From Octopus bimaculoides (taxonomy: Eukaryota), in the NCBI RefSeq assembly GCF_001194135.2, contig NC_068989.1:73891001-73955000 (forward strand): a stretch of 64,000 bases of DNA, read 5' to 3'. This document shows positions 23,993 to 37,378 of this stretch, in pieces; positions within the stretch are counted from its first letter, which is position 1; every line of letters starts with the position of its first letter. A program made the position numbers and the translations under genes. Under the pieces are notes generated by a model. That model was not told the DNA's origin. It saw nothing but the letters and a program-made list of their open reading frames with translations, and ran no database searches.

Positions 23993-24533
23993 TTGGGGAC
24001 ACAGAAGCACACATATGTGTTCCGTACGCACTCAATTCAGCCACATAGCCCACCCATCAATTTTAACCAATTTTAATCTATTGATAATTTTAGTCTAGTA
24101 TATATATTTATAAATTTGTAAACAAACCCGAAGACTGTAAGTTACGGAGAGGAGCGGCACACATAAGTCCTTTAGTAATAACTATAGTTATATATTATTT
24201 AATGATATATGCTCTACTTAAAGCGACTAAATCTAAACAATTGACCGAAGTTTGTAAATATATATATATATATTACATTAAAATTATCAATGCATTAAAG
24301 TTGGCTGAAATTGATGGGTGAGCTATGTGGCTGAATTGTGTGCATATGGAGCAATGTAAGCGTTCAGTTCCCAGTGGTTCGGCTCATCTCTTTTCGGTCA
24401 ATTGTTTAGGTTTAGTCGCTTTAAATGGAGCATATATAACTAAATAATATATAATTACAGTTATTATTAAAAAGGACATATGCGTGTCGCTTTTCTCCGT
24501 AATCCACAGCCTTCGGGTTTGTTTACAAATTTA
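23993..24533. repeat. Interleaved inverted repeats A-B-A'-B'
   Basis: A core 24033-24106 pairs with 24264-24338; B 24111-24249 pairs with 24393-24533; each about 87-88% identical by manual alignment. Confidence 0.9.
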
Positions 24534-24614
24534 CAAATATGTATGTGTGTGTGTGTGCGCGCGTATCTATGCATATATGTATGTGTGTGTAATCATATAT
24601 ATATATATGCATAT

Positions 24615-24663
<49 letters not shown>

Positions 24664-25439
24664 NNNNNNNNNNNNNNNNNNNNNNNNNNNNNNNNNNNNN
24701 NNNNNNNNNNNNNNNNNNNNNNNNNNNNNNNNNNNNNNNNNNNNNNNNNNNNNNNNNNNNNNNNNNNNNNNNNNNNNNNNNNNNNNNNNNNNNNNNNNNN
24801 NNNNNNNNNNNNNNNNNNNNNNNNNNNNNNNNNNNNNNNNNNNNNNNNNNNNNNNNNNNNNNNNNNNNNNNNNNNNNNNNNNNNNNNNNNNNNNNNNNNN
24901 NNNNNNNNNNNNNNNNNNNNNNNNNNNNNNNNNNNNNNNNNNNNNNNNNNNNNNNNNNNNNNNNNNNNNNNNNNNNNNNNNNNNNNNNNNNNNNNNNNNN
25001 NNNNNNNNNNNNNNNNNNNNNNNNNNNNNNNNNNNNNNNNNNNNNNNNNNNNNNNNNNNNNNNNNNNNNNNNNNNNNNNNNNNNNNNNNNNNNNNNNNNN
25101 NNNNNNNNNNNNNNNNNNNNNNNNNNNNNNNNNNNNNNNNNNNNNNNNNNNNNNNNNNNNNNNNNNNNNNNNNNNNNNNNNNNNNNNNNNNNNNNNNNNN
25201 NNNNNNNNNNNNNNNNNNNNNNNNNNNNNNNNNNNNNNNNNNNNNNNNNNNNNNNNNNNNNNNNNNNNNNNNNNNNNNNNNNNNNNNNNNNNNNNNNNNN
25301 NNNNNNNNNNNNNNNNNNNNNNNNNNNNNNNNNNNNNNNNNNNNNNNNNNNNNNNNNNNNNNNNNNNNNNNNNNNNNNNNNNNNNNNNNNNNNNNNNNNN
25401 NNNNNNNNNNNNNNTATATATATGTGTGTGTGTGTGTGT

Positions 25440-25477
<38 letters not shown>

Positions 25478-26935
25478 ACGTATGTATGGATATATATACA
25501 TATATAAATACACACAGAGACACACATACATACATACATACATGCATAAATACATAATGTATACACACACACGCAAACACACACACACACTCACTCACAC
25601 ACAAACACACACACACAAACACACGCACGCACACACACACACGCACATACTCACACACACACACACATATAATATATACACGTTTGTATATATTATATAA
25701 ATCTGCCAAAGTACACGCTTGCTAGTGAATGGTTGCCACTGATGTCGTGCAAACATCGCGAAATGCGGATTTAACAACTCTACCGCCCCTAAATCTGATA
25801 TTCTCCCGTGCATTTTATGCATAGTAATAAGACTAACATTCATAATTTTATTGAATTAGGTGTATATTTTGTCATGAGAGAAAAATCTTGCTATCGTTCT
25901 ATTTTTTTCAAGGTATGCACTGCCAACATTGCCTACATAGGCGGCACGTCCCTGATATATACGCACACGTACACACACGTATGCTTGTGTGTTATGTCTA
26001 TGGAATACTTGGTCACATTATCACTTTATCCTATAATTCAGATGGTGTCTGTAAAGCTGTTAGTTACACCAATTAATTCATCGTCGAAACCGAAGCGGGA
26101 AGTCCAGTCCATCGCAACAAATAAATCGTAGAAGTTAAGACTCTCCGCTTTCATTTTGTTGAAAACATAAAACAATTAATGGCAGACAAGCTTGCTGGAA
26201 AGAAAATTACAAAGCAAAACAAAACAAAAAGAAAATGAATAACAAAAGAAAAGGAAAGAATCACAAACAGGAAGAAATAAATAAAACTACAGCAAGGTCA
26301 TTGATGTGCCAAATTGATATATCAGCTAGCAATCAACAAATTGGAGGTTTTGCGACCTATGTGTTGGTTTCTCATGGCGTGCTCTTTAATCTTATAACGC
26401 TTCGGTCCGACATAATCGATGTTATATATTAAATAGGTTTCTTTTCCGTCTCCACCTCCGCCACCGTCGATGTCTCCATCCTCGTCTCCGACTCTGCCTT
26501 TGTCGTCTTCACCACTTTACGCATCTTCGTGTGAAGTAAAATTGTCTAGATTATAATAGCCAGGAAGAAAGTTGCTGGAAAGCGACGAAAACGGCGGCGG
26601 CAGCGGTGGTGGCGATTGTAGACGTTTAATAATGACTATAATTAAAATGGTCAAAACAAATACCAATAATATACTGCTTTTGATGTGGCGCTAAAGTTAA
26701 GGTTTCTATTTGTCTCATTTTATCATTTCGTTTAAGAAGTTTTCTTTTCTGTTGGGAAGAGGGTAAAGGAATAAACACAAGGAATTATGATCAGAATTTA
26801 TACAGCTGTATATTCTAAGGAATCATATTATATATATATATATATATGTTTGTGTATGTGTGAGTGTGTATATACACGTATATATACATATATGTTTATC
26901 AATGTGGTATATATATCTAGACATATTTGTCTGCG

Positions 26936-26936
<1 letters not shown>

Positions 26937-27005
<69 letters not shown>

Positions 27006-27164
27006 AATGCATACATTGAGAAAGAGATAGCTACAGAGATGAATAGATAGATGGATATCTAGGTATTTGTCTGTGTACGCGCATGTGTGTATATGGATAG
27101 GTAGATAGATAGATAGATAAATCGATCGATCGATCGATAGATAGATAGATAGATCGATAGATAG

Positions 27165-27223
<59 letters not shown>
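26937..27223. repeat. (TCTA)n and (TAGA)n microsatellites in inverted orientation
   Basis: About 26937-27004 and 27097-27223. Confidence 0.95.
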
Positions 27224-27225
<2 letters not shown>

Positions 27226-28934
27226 TCGCTATGCTCACTTGCAGGTTCTTCCGCGAGAGGAAGATAAAGCTGAGGGTGATAATATTCCATGGAGAAAATG
27301 AAATAATCCTTCTACTATAGATGCAACAGAAATGGATTAACAGCTGCGAGACTAAGGACGACACTCAATCCTTATACTTTGTTGAAACGCCGAATAGATT
27401 TGTCCGTGATATTTGGTCATGCTTCCCTAGATGAGCCGAGGCTGTTGTTGCTTTCATTGCTCTGAGATCAATAAAATATAATATCAGAAATGTACTAAAA
27501 TATGAGATTGATGAAAAAGATGGGATTAATCTTAAAAATCAAGATAAGCCTTTCAGTGTAAACTGCTTGTGGTTCAAATCCCTCTCGGACAACTACTTGG
27601 TATCTTCCTGGTGTCTTCAACATAACTACCCTTAATATATAAGGATCAGATCTATCTAATATCTCAGTTTTAGTCTAACGATACTGTATTTAGTGTTCTA
27701 TTTTACTCGGTACATATGTTCAATGTTCAAATTTTGTTGACATCGACTTCACGGTTCAGTTATTCATGGCGGATGATATAAGTAGCGGACATGTTTAGCA
27801 TATAATAAATTAACCAACTGTAGATATAATTGGAGTTTGGCGTCCCCCCATCCACGATTTTGTTTCATAATTATTTTAAAACAATGCTTTTATGTTGATG
27901 AAATTTTGCAGAGATACGTTTTCGAAGGTTTTGATGATGATTATATTAATGGATTATAAAATATACTTTATTGGATATTCTTAAACCAAGAGAAACAGAG
28001 GTAATCACCTTTTGATCCATTCAAGCATTAAAAATATTTCTGATATCATAATAAATATTATTCATTCAGCATGGCTGAAACATATAAAAGAATAAGAGTG
28101 ACTAGAAACTGGAGACTCTCTATTTGTAATGAAGCAAAAAAAGTATGAACTGGAAAATTCTTTTATCACATTCCCCGATTTCATGTTGAAGGTGAATACA
28201 GTTATATCGTCTTATGTCAGATAATATCATATAACGTGCAATGACCCTGCATATGTTATTCAATTGCATTAAAAAGTTGTGAAAATCTTTCTATTGTTTT
28301 TAGTAAAAACAATAGAAAAAATATATTTATTTCATCAGCTTATTCTTACCGACACTTTTAAGAATACAACTTTGCGAAATTGCTTTGAAAATAATCATAA
28401 TTAAGAAAGTTATGAAGAAGCAAAATCGGCAAGTGGACACCAAACTCAAGTTACACCTATCCACATATTAATTTCCTTGTGCCAGTTTGAGAAAGCAATA
28501 ATTACACAGAATGCAAATATAAACACAGGAACATTGTGCTTCAAGCTGTTCCTTTATAATATTTTTGATTAGCTTCTGCAGATATTATTTAAATTTAATT
28601 GCAAGAATATTTGTTAAGAAGGTACTACTAGAAGAAATCTTTCTAATTTAGGTAATGGCATGATGACTGGACGGCATTGATAAACATCACATTCTAGTCA
28701 AGTTAATTTCGTAATAATCATGGACTAGGCAATCAATATAGAATTCTTATACGAAATTAAGAATCAACCCACCTGGTTTCTCTATTGACGCTGCTGCCGA
28801 TGATTTCAATGAATGTTTAATGATATTTATGACGTCATAAACAGAACGCCATTGACAGGAGAGAGCAAACTGGTGAGATATTTCCGCATGCCAGTTTGAC
28901 TTCATGTTAAAAGCAATTCACTTCACTTATATCA

Positions 28935-29105
28935 ATAATGGTTTCTGATTTAGATATAATGCCAGAGATTTTGAGGAGAGAGGATCAATCGATCACATTG
29001 ACTTCAGTATTTGACTGGTACTTATACTATCGATTCTAAAATTATGAAAGGCAGAGTTAACCTTGGTGGGGTTTGAACACAGAACTTAAAGACCAGGGAC
29101 AAATG
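28935..29105 (-). mobile_element. SINE family A, diverged
   Basis: gactggtacttatactatcgattc...atgaaaggcagagttaacctt...tttgaacacagaac. Confidence 0.65.
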
Positions 29106-29149
29106 TCATTGAATAGGTATCTTCGTTTCTTTTATGATTTATGTTTTTA

Positions 29150-29480
29150 CATTTTTACTTGTTTCACTAGACTGCGGCCATGGGGTTTATTCGAACAAAT
29201 GTACACCATTCCTTATTCCGACGGTCTCTGAAACCGAACTGCTACGGCGGGAGGTGGAAGACGAACACAAACATAAAGACACACTCATACATATAAATAC
29301 TATATTCATATATATACATATATACAACGGGTTTTCAGATGGTTTCCGGCTACCAAATTTTCTCACAAGATATTCGTTGACCCTGGGCTATAGTTGAAGA
29401 TACTGGCCATAGGTGGCGAGCAGTGGGATGGAACCCGAAATTACGTGAGTGCAAAAGCAAGCTTCTTAAGCATATAACAA
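29150..29480 (-). mobile_element. SINE family B, diverged
   Basis: Tail gactgcggccatg, body gtttccggctaccaaat, head gaacccgaaattacgtg. Confidence 0.6.
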
Positions 29481-30816
29481 CGCTTTCGTGGAATGAGGAA
29501 ATTTGTGATGGTTTGATTTCAGTGAAAAATTCTGATTTGATAACATTGCAAAAGAGAGAGAGAGAGACTGGGGGGGGGGGGGAGATGGAAAATACAAGAA
29601 ATTAAATTTTTTAAGTTCCAAAGGTTGTTTTTCTCCGAAAAAATATTCGTGATTTTTGTAACTGCCATGTACGACTGTTAAGAAATTCTCAATAAACCGT
29701 TCAAAAGACTGCAAAACAAGGTCTCTATTCAAAGATGTGTTCTTTTTTTCTATGACGTCTACAATTCGTTTCAAGAAGCACGAACGCCGAAGAACGTACG
29801 CTTTTAATAAAAGAATCGCTGACATTGAAGATATATACAAACTGTTGTAGTATAAGCTAGATAGATATTTAACACTTAGGTGTCGGAAATTATATCGTTT
29901 ATCTTTTAGTTGTTTCAGTTATCGGTCCGCGGACATACTGGGGCACCGCCTTGAAGAATTTTAGTCAAACGAATCGGTCACAGAGCTTATATGATTGAAA
30001 CAAAAAGAAAAAACAGAAAATCCCTTTTGTATTGGAGGTAGAAATAAAAATGCCTTCTCATCCAAGACCATGACCTGTAGTTCAATAGAAAGCATAATTA
30101 CACCGGTTACATTACCAATACCGTGTTGTCACTTAATGTTAATAACAACAACAGTAGTAGTAGTGGTGGTGGTGGTGGTGGTGGTGGTGAGGATGATGGA
30201 TGCTGATGATTAGTTTTTCATCAATACACAAGGATAGTTTGAAGGAGATAGTTGAAGGAGATAGTTTTGCAATGTGTGACACAAAACGAAGTGCTCCGAG
30301 TAGCGAATTGTGCGATTTGGTTATCCCCAACAAGGATCATCTCTTGAGCGGAGACATCGACAGACAGTATCAGCTGAGATGGAAGACATCACTCATATAA
30401 TAAGTAGAAAAATTCAAACAACGGAACAGTTCGTATCTTTTATGTCGATACAAGATAATATGTTGACAAGATACGAAATAATCCGAGGAAAGATAAACAA
30501 ACATGTACATCGGCATTTTGTATTAATGCAACTATTTCTAGACACCCTTGCGAACAGCAACAGGGTAGCGGTTATAGAAAATATCATTGAGTGAATGAAG
30601 ACAACAACGGTTCCGCTTTGGTATTTTGCTTCAACTTTACTTGTATCATCTCTGGAAATATAACATCGAACTATTTAATTTTCTTCATTCGAATTAGAAT
30701 ATTATTTGTGATCTGCATCAGTAAAATGCATATAATAAGGTCTACAATTTAGGAAAATTTCGTATATCGCGGTGAGGCTACAGTATTGACGTTTAAAGCG
30801 AAGTTGTCTTCCAGGT

Positions 30817-31201
30817 TGTTGGCACTCCGTCGCTTACGACGTCGAGGGCTCCAATTGATCCGTTCAACGGAACAGCCTGCTCGTGAAACTAACGTGCAAG
30901 TGGCTGAGCACTCCACAGACACGTGTACCCTTAACGTAGTTCTCGGGGATATTCAGCGTGACACAGAGTGTGACAAGGCTGACCCTTTGAATTACTGGCA
31001 CAACAGAAACAGGAAGTAACAGTGAGAGAAAGTTGTGGTGGAAGAGTACAGCAGGGTTCGCCACCATCCCCTGCCGGAACCTCGTGGAGCTTTAGGTGTT
31101 TGCGCTCAATAAACACTCACAATGCCCTGTCTGAGAATCGAAACCGCGATCCTATGACTGCGAGTCCGCTGCCCTAACCACTGGGCCATTGCGCCTCCAC
31201 C
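30817..31201 (-). mobile_element. SINE family C, full length, 11-bp TSD
   Basis: gtcttccaggt at 30806-30816 and 31202-31212. Confidence 0.92.
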
Positions 31202-31663
31202 GTCTTCCAGGTAAAGAAATTTGAAAAAAAAACACAAAAAAAAAAAATGGATCGCATTGAGGAAAAGAGGCTTCAAGAACGGACAAAAGAAAAAATTTTT
31301 AGTAATTAATCTTCTCTGCAGTATTCTTTTTTTTCTTATGTTGAGACATAATTAGAGAAAACATTTGTGTGAAAACTTATTTAGGAGAACGAATGGAAGA
31401 AATACATTAGTATTCATTGGAAGCAAATGTCTTTTCTACTGTTGTTTCTGTTTAAGGTGATCAAGAGAGTACCAACCATTGTTTTGTTTTTCACTCTGGA
31501 TTATATTAGGAAATATGGCACAGGTTCAATAATTATGATTTAACTTTTGTGAAATAGCCTGATGCTTATACACAATAATGAAATGAATATTAATTTTCGA
31601 TCGAAAAGTATTTATTACCTTAAAATTTAATCAAATAGGAAATTTTCTCATTTCAGCATTATT

Positions 31664-31831
31664 ATAGGTGTAGGATTGGCTGTGTGGTAAGTAGCTCGCT
31701 TATCAACCACATTGTTCCGGGTTCAGTCCCACTGCGTGGCACCTTGGGCAAGTGTCTTCTACTATAGCCTCGGGCCGACCAAATCTCTGTGAGTGAATTT
31801 GGTAGACGGAAACTGAAAGAAGCCAGTCGTA

Positions 31832-31887
<56 letters not shown>

Positions 31888-32109
31888 TGTGTATATGTTG
31901 TGTATCTGTGTTTGTCCCCACAACATCACTTGACAACCGATGCTGGTGTGTTTAGGTCCCCGTAACTTAGCGGTTCGGCATAAGAGACCGATACAATAAG
32001 TACTAGGCTTACAAAGAATAAGTCCTGGGGTCGATTTGATTCGACTACAGGCGGTGCTCCAGCATGGCTGCAGTCAAATGACTGAAACAAGTAAAAGAAT
32101 AAAAGAATA
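31664..32109 (+). mobile_element. SINE family B, full length (tRNA-like head, CORE-like start, internal (AT)n/(GT)n, Meta-like block, CR1-like tail)
   Basis: A-box-like tggctgtgtgg, B-box gggttcagtccc, ccttgggcaagtgtctt, tail ggcggtgctccagcatggc..cagtcaaatgactgaaacaagtaaaaga. Confidence 0.9.
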
Positions 32110-33529
32110 AGCAATAAATATGTTATCTTTCGCAGTTTTGTTGTCATAATAACAATCTGCTCTATTTCAAACACATGACTGCAATATTTCATTAAGAAAA
32201 GTGCAGTTTGCTAAAAGTTATCATTGCCTGCTCCCAAGCCTCATACATGCACCCATTCCGCACTTCTTATGTTAACTCCTTCACTATATCTCTTCTACCG
32301 TCTGAACCCCCTCTCTCAATATGATGTGAAACGTGTTTGAAGAAAGCAACCAATCTACCGACTAGCCGACCAGCCAGCATTTCTATTAGTTATTATCAAA
32401 TGATTAATAGCGACAAAACAGTATTAAGGAGGTTGTGTTAGAACACAGAATACTGTGTTATTTACTCAGAGAATGTCACAAGAACGCGTGATGCATAAAA
32501 GCACTCGTGATCTGGCAGTTCCGGCAGCCGTAGCTGACGATTCTTATCTGTCAACGATATAATGATGGATGCTTTTATGTACCATGAATCCTTATGAGAG
32601 ATTCTCTCAAGTTAAATCACGCAGTATTGTGTGTTCTAACACAATCTCCGCGTTAAGTTGGCGATCAAAATTACCTTTCGGCTATTATTATATAGGGAGA
32701 TTTATATCTTGCTGGTCATGTGCTCGGCAAATTCAAATGGATGAGGCTTCTGTTGCAATGAAATTAATATCGATGTTTAGAAGTTGTTCATGGTGTTTAA
32801 CCTCAGGCAATATGACATGCGTAAAGCAGCTAACTGTATATTTTCGTTGCTACTATAAAAAAAGGCAACAAAACTAAACAAAGAAAGATAGAAGTAAAAA
32901 GGCAATCAACATCTGCCAGAAATGTAAAATTTCTATCAAAGTTACTTCAATGGAAGTTATCTCCAACGTTTATTTCCTCTTCTTCAACTTACCCCGTACA
33001 ATGCATCATCTTAATTGAAATATTTCCTGATAAGGAAACTCGATTATTTATGGTAAATAACGAACGTGATCTCCCGTATACACACGAGAAATATTTCGAT
33101 TATTTTCGATAAATATAGCTATAAAATCAAGGGGGACATTTGGTTACTATATATATATCCAGTACTTATACGTTGCATCTCTGAAATATGTACAAATTGA
33201 AATGCAAAACAACAAAGAAAAAACAGAAATCTTGGATTGGCTCTATTGCCAAATATAGCATGGTAAAAGAGAAGAGCAATCTTCTGAAATATTCACAATA
33301 GATATATACAGAAACCCTTGATTACTTGTCAAAAATATAACATACCGTTTCCCTAAGATTTTCGTCTTCTAACAAAAGATTCCAGTCTGATAAATATAGA
33401 AAGAATTCTATCCTCGAATCTTTCCCTGTTTTCGAATGTATAGAGCGCAGATTAATTTGCGTGAATGTTATAAAACAGATGTTAACTGTAAAACAAATTA
33501 GATTTGAAAGAAACTATTCTTAAATTATT

Positions 33530-34214
33530 AATACTTATTGCCAAACTAACGTGGCCGTCCAGAGAAATAGGTCGAATGCTGCTATTGATTAGCTCCGAGA
33601 AGCGATCGGCTCTAGCTAGCTACATGACGTACAAATCTGCGTCAAAAATCCCCTTCGAACAGGAGAGGTCTTCAACTTCCTCTTGCTGGTTTGGCATCCA
33701 TAGACTGATTTCGGGGTAATTTCTCCTTATCAATCTGGAACAGCCGAGTCCAGCAACGGTTGCTGTTGACCTCTGTTCTAACGTTTTATTTATATATATT
33801 CGGTGAAACACATTCACTGATTTTCGAAAATAGAAATGTTATAATTTCTAAATCTTTCTAAAGGTGCAATATTAATATGTATTGCCAAACTAAGGTGGCA
33901 CTCCAGCTTTGTGCGTCCATAAACCTTCGAACAGAGGAGGTCACCAGCTTCCCCTTGCTGGCTTGGTATCCACAGACCGGTTTCAGGGTAGTTGCTCCTT
34001 ATCAATGTGGAGTAGCTGAATCCAGCAGGGGTCACTGTTAACTTCTGTTCGAAGAGCTGGACTCTGCTGCTCCACATTGATAAGAGGCAACTACCCCGAA
34101 ACCGGCCAGTGGATGCCAAGACAGCAAGGGAAAGTTGATGACCTCCACTGTTCGAAGGTTTATGGACGCATAAATCTGCGTCATATAGCTAGCTAGAGGC
34201 GATCGCCTCTCGGA
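33530..34214. repeat. Tandem duplication (period ~345 bp) combined with a long inverted repeat
   Basis: Arms 33912-34026 and 34056-34170; an earlier direct copy at 33541-33780; outer inverted match 33594-33622 with 34186-34214. Confidence 0.9.
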
Positions 34215-34424
34215 TAATGTCAGAAAGTAAGGAGTGAGTATGAAGGTCCTGATGAACGATGAATAAAACCATTTATATTTTGCTTTGCTTTTTTGTTTTG
34301 TCTGGGTTTTTTTTTGTTTAGTTTTCTCGTTTTTTTGTCAAACTGATTATATATTTTTACCACTAAAATCGTAAGAAATATCTGTGGACCTTATACCATA
34401 CCGTACAATGCAACTTAACGATTC

Positions 34425-34850
34425 GGCAAAAGAGACCGATAGAATAAGTACTAAGCTTACAAAGAATAAGTCCTGGGGTCGATTTGCTCGACTAAAGGCG
34501 GTGCTCCAGCATGGCCGCAGTCAAATGAGTGAAACAAGTAAAAGAATATAAGAATATATGCGAGCGTGTATGCATGAGTGTGTGTGTCTCTCTGTCTTCG
34601 TGTCTGTGTTTGTCCCCACTACCGCTTGACAACCAGTGTTGATGTGTTTACGGCCCAGAGCTTCGCGGTTCGGCAAAAGAGACTGATAGAATAAGTACCG
34701 GACTGGGAAAAATAAAAATAAAAATAAAAGAAGCAGAAAAGGAAAGAAAAGAAGTACTAGGATGGATTCATTCGACTAAAGACACTTCAAGGCGGTGCCC
34801 CTACATGGCCGCAGTCTAATGACTGAAACAAGTAAGAGACAAAAGACAAA
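34425..34850 (+). mobile_element. Two consecutive SINE family B 3' halves (34425-34555; 34590-34850)
   Basis: ggttcggcaaaagagac.gatagaataagtac and the tail each occur twice. Confidence 0.82.
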
Positions 34851-35026
34851 AGATTGGTCATTTCATCATTCAACTATTTTTAGATCTACTTAATGAAGGA
34901 ACAAAGAAACGAACAAAGGACGGAATAAGCAAACCAACGAAGGAACGAGCGAACGTGCGAATAAAGGAATAAATGAATGGATGAATGAGCGTATGAACAC
35001 TAACCAACAGTAGCTTAAGCTTTCTA

Positions 35027-36200
35027 TCACCACCACCACCACCACTACCACCACCACAAACTGAGCAAAGTAACTAGCTAATACCATGTGTAATATAACT
35101 GTCGCCGCCATCAGGCTACCACACTTCCACCACCATCACCACCACCAGTGATAAACTCTAGTATATTATGGATCATCATCACCACATCTACAACCCCACC
35201 ACCACCACCACCACCACCGCCACCGCCACCAACACCGTCTTCACCACTAACATCACCATCACACGACTAACACTGCTTCTACACCACCGACATCATACCA
35301 ATAAAGCCCCAGCANNNNNNNNNNNNNNNNNNNNNNNNNNNNNNNNNNNNNNNNNNNNNNNNNNNNNNNNNNNNNNNNNNNNNNNNNNNNNNNNNNNNNN
35401 NNNNNNNNNNNNNNNNNNNNNNNNNNNNNNNNNNNNNNNNNNNNNNNNNNNNNNNNNNNNNNNNNNNNNNNNNNNNNNNNNNNNNNNNNNNNNNNNNNNN
35501 NNNNNNNNNNNNNNNNNNNNNNNNNNNNNNNNNNNNNNNNNNNNNNNNNNNNNNNNNNNNNNNNNNNNNNNNNNNNNNNNNNNNNNNNNNNNNNNNNNNN
35601 NNNNNNNNNNNNNNNNNNNNNNNNNNNNNNNNNNNNNNNNNNNNNNNNNNNNNNNNNNNNNNNNNNNNNNNNNNNNNNNNNNNNNNNNNNNNNNNNNNNN
35701 NNNNNNNNNNNNNNNNNNNNNNNNNNNNNNNNNNNNNNNNNNNNNNNNNNNNNNNNNNNNNNNNNNNNNNNNNNNNNNNNNNNNNNNNNNNNNNNNNNNN
35801 NNNNNNNNNNNNNNNNNNNNNNNNNNNNNNNNNNNNNNNNNNNNNNNNNNNNNNNNNNNNNNNNNNNNNNNNNNNNNNNNNNNNNNNNNNNNNNNNNNNN
35901 NNNNNNNNNNNNNNNNNNNNNNNNNNNNNNNNNNNNNNNNNNNNNNNNNNNNNNNNNNNNNNNNNNNNNNNNNNNNNNNNNNNNNNNNNNNNNNNNNNNN
36001 NNNNNNNNNNNNNNNNNNNNNNNNNACCACCACTATCACACCACCACCACACCACCACCACCACAACCACCACCACTATCACACCACCACCACACCACCA
36101 CTATCACACCACCACCACCACACCACCACCACCACGGTTATCACAACCGATGATGACGACGACGACGACGATGATGATGATGACGACAACAATGATGACG
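35027..36200. repeat. (ACC)n/(GAT)n low-complexity tract spanning a gap
   Basis: Direct reading. Confidence 0.92.
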
Positions 36201-36504
36201 ATTATAGTGATGGACGAGGAGGATAATCAGGCAATTAATCATCTATTCGGCAACCTTAATTAAGATACGGCCTATTATTTAAGGTTACCTATAATAGCGG
36301 AGTAAATGTCTTTGAAATTTCGCGTAATATCGTTTAAAACAAATCATTTGAATGATAGATGCAGATACAGAAAAATCAATGAAAGATGCAAACGAAGACA
36401 AGGTAGTGCTGAGAAGTGCGCAAGCATTCTCATCAATGGATCCCCACACACACACATGCATACATGCATGCATACATACATACATGCATACATGCATACA
36501 TACA

Positions 36505-36537
<33 letters not shown>

Positions 36538-36544
36538 GAACGTA

Positions 36545-36906
36545 CGTATTCTTTTACTTGTTTCAGTTATTTTGACTGCGGCTATGCTGGAGCACCGCCT
36601 TTAGTCGAGCAAATCGACTCCAATACTTATTCAATCGGTCTCTTTGGCCGAACCGCTAGGTTATGGGAACGTAAACACAGTAACATCGGTTGTCAAGCGA
36701 TGGTGGGGGGACAAACACAGGCACAAAAAAATATATATATGCAACGGGCTTCTTTTAGTTTCCGTCTACCAAATCCACTCACAAGACTTTGGTCGGGCCG
36801 AAATTATATAGTAGAAGACACTTGCCCAAGGTGCGTTGCAGTGGGACTGAACCTGGAACCATATGGTTGTGAAGCAAGCTTCTTACCACACAGCCACGCC
36901 TGCGCC
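36545..36906 (-). mobile_element. SINE family B, full length
   Basis: Tail cttttacttgtttcagt...gagcaccgccttt through head ccacacagccacgcctgcgcc. Confidence 0.88.
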
Positions 36907-36926
36907 TCCACACAGCCACTCCATAC

Positions 36927-36994
<68 letters not shown>

Positions 36995-37027
36995 GTGCTT
37001 AAATATATATATATGTGTGTTTGAATG

Positions 37028-37146
37028 TGTGGTAAGAAGCTTGCTTCCCAACCACATGTTTTCGGGTTCAGTCCCACTAAGTGGTACCTTGGCTTAATGT
37101 CTTCTACTACAGGCTTGGGCCGACCAAAACCTTGTAAGTGGATTCG
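37028..37146 (+). mobile_element. SINE family B 5' fragment, head-to-head with the 36545-36906 copy
   Basis: tgtggtaagaagcttgcttcccaaccac...gggttcagtcccact. Confidence 0.85.
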
Positions 37147-37339
37147 GTAGATGGCGACACTAGCTCAGGAAGATGCATTGTGGGTTCGAACTCGAGTCGT
37201 CGTCGTTGCAATCTTATTTGAAGATTGCTTCTGCTATGCTTTAGGAAGGTAAGATGAAGTATGAAGTCTTATATTAAGCTGAAGGTAAGGTGAGAGAGAT
37301 GGGGGGAGGAGAAAGTGGAAAATGGAAAAGAGGGAAAAG

Positions 37340-37378
<39 letters not shown>

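Noticed and set aside
27240-27320. Minus-strand exon candidate ending at a GTGAGC donor
   Set aside because: Its 5' part (tagtagaaggattatt) matches a SINE A tail; no protein similarity recognised.
30310-30594. 94-aa ORF
   Set aside because: Non-ATG start, no recognisable motif or splice context; possibly decayed TE.
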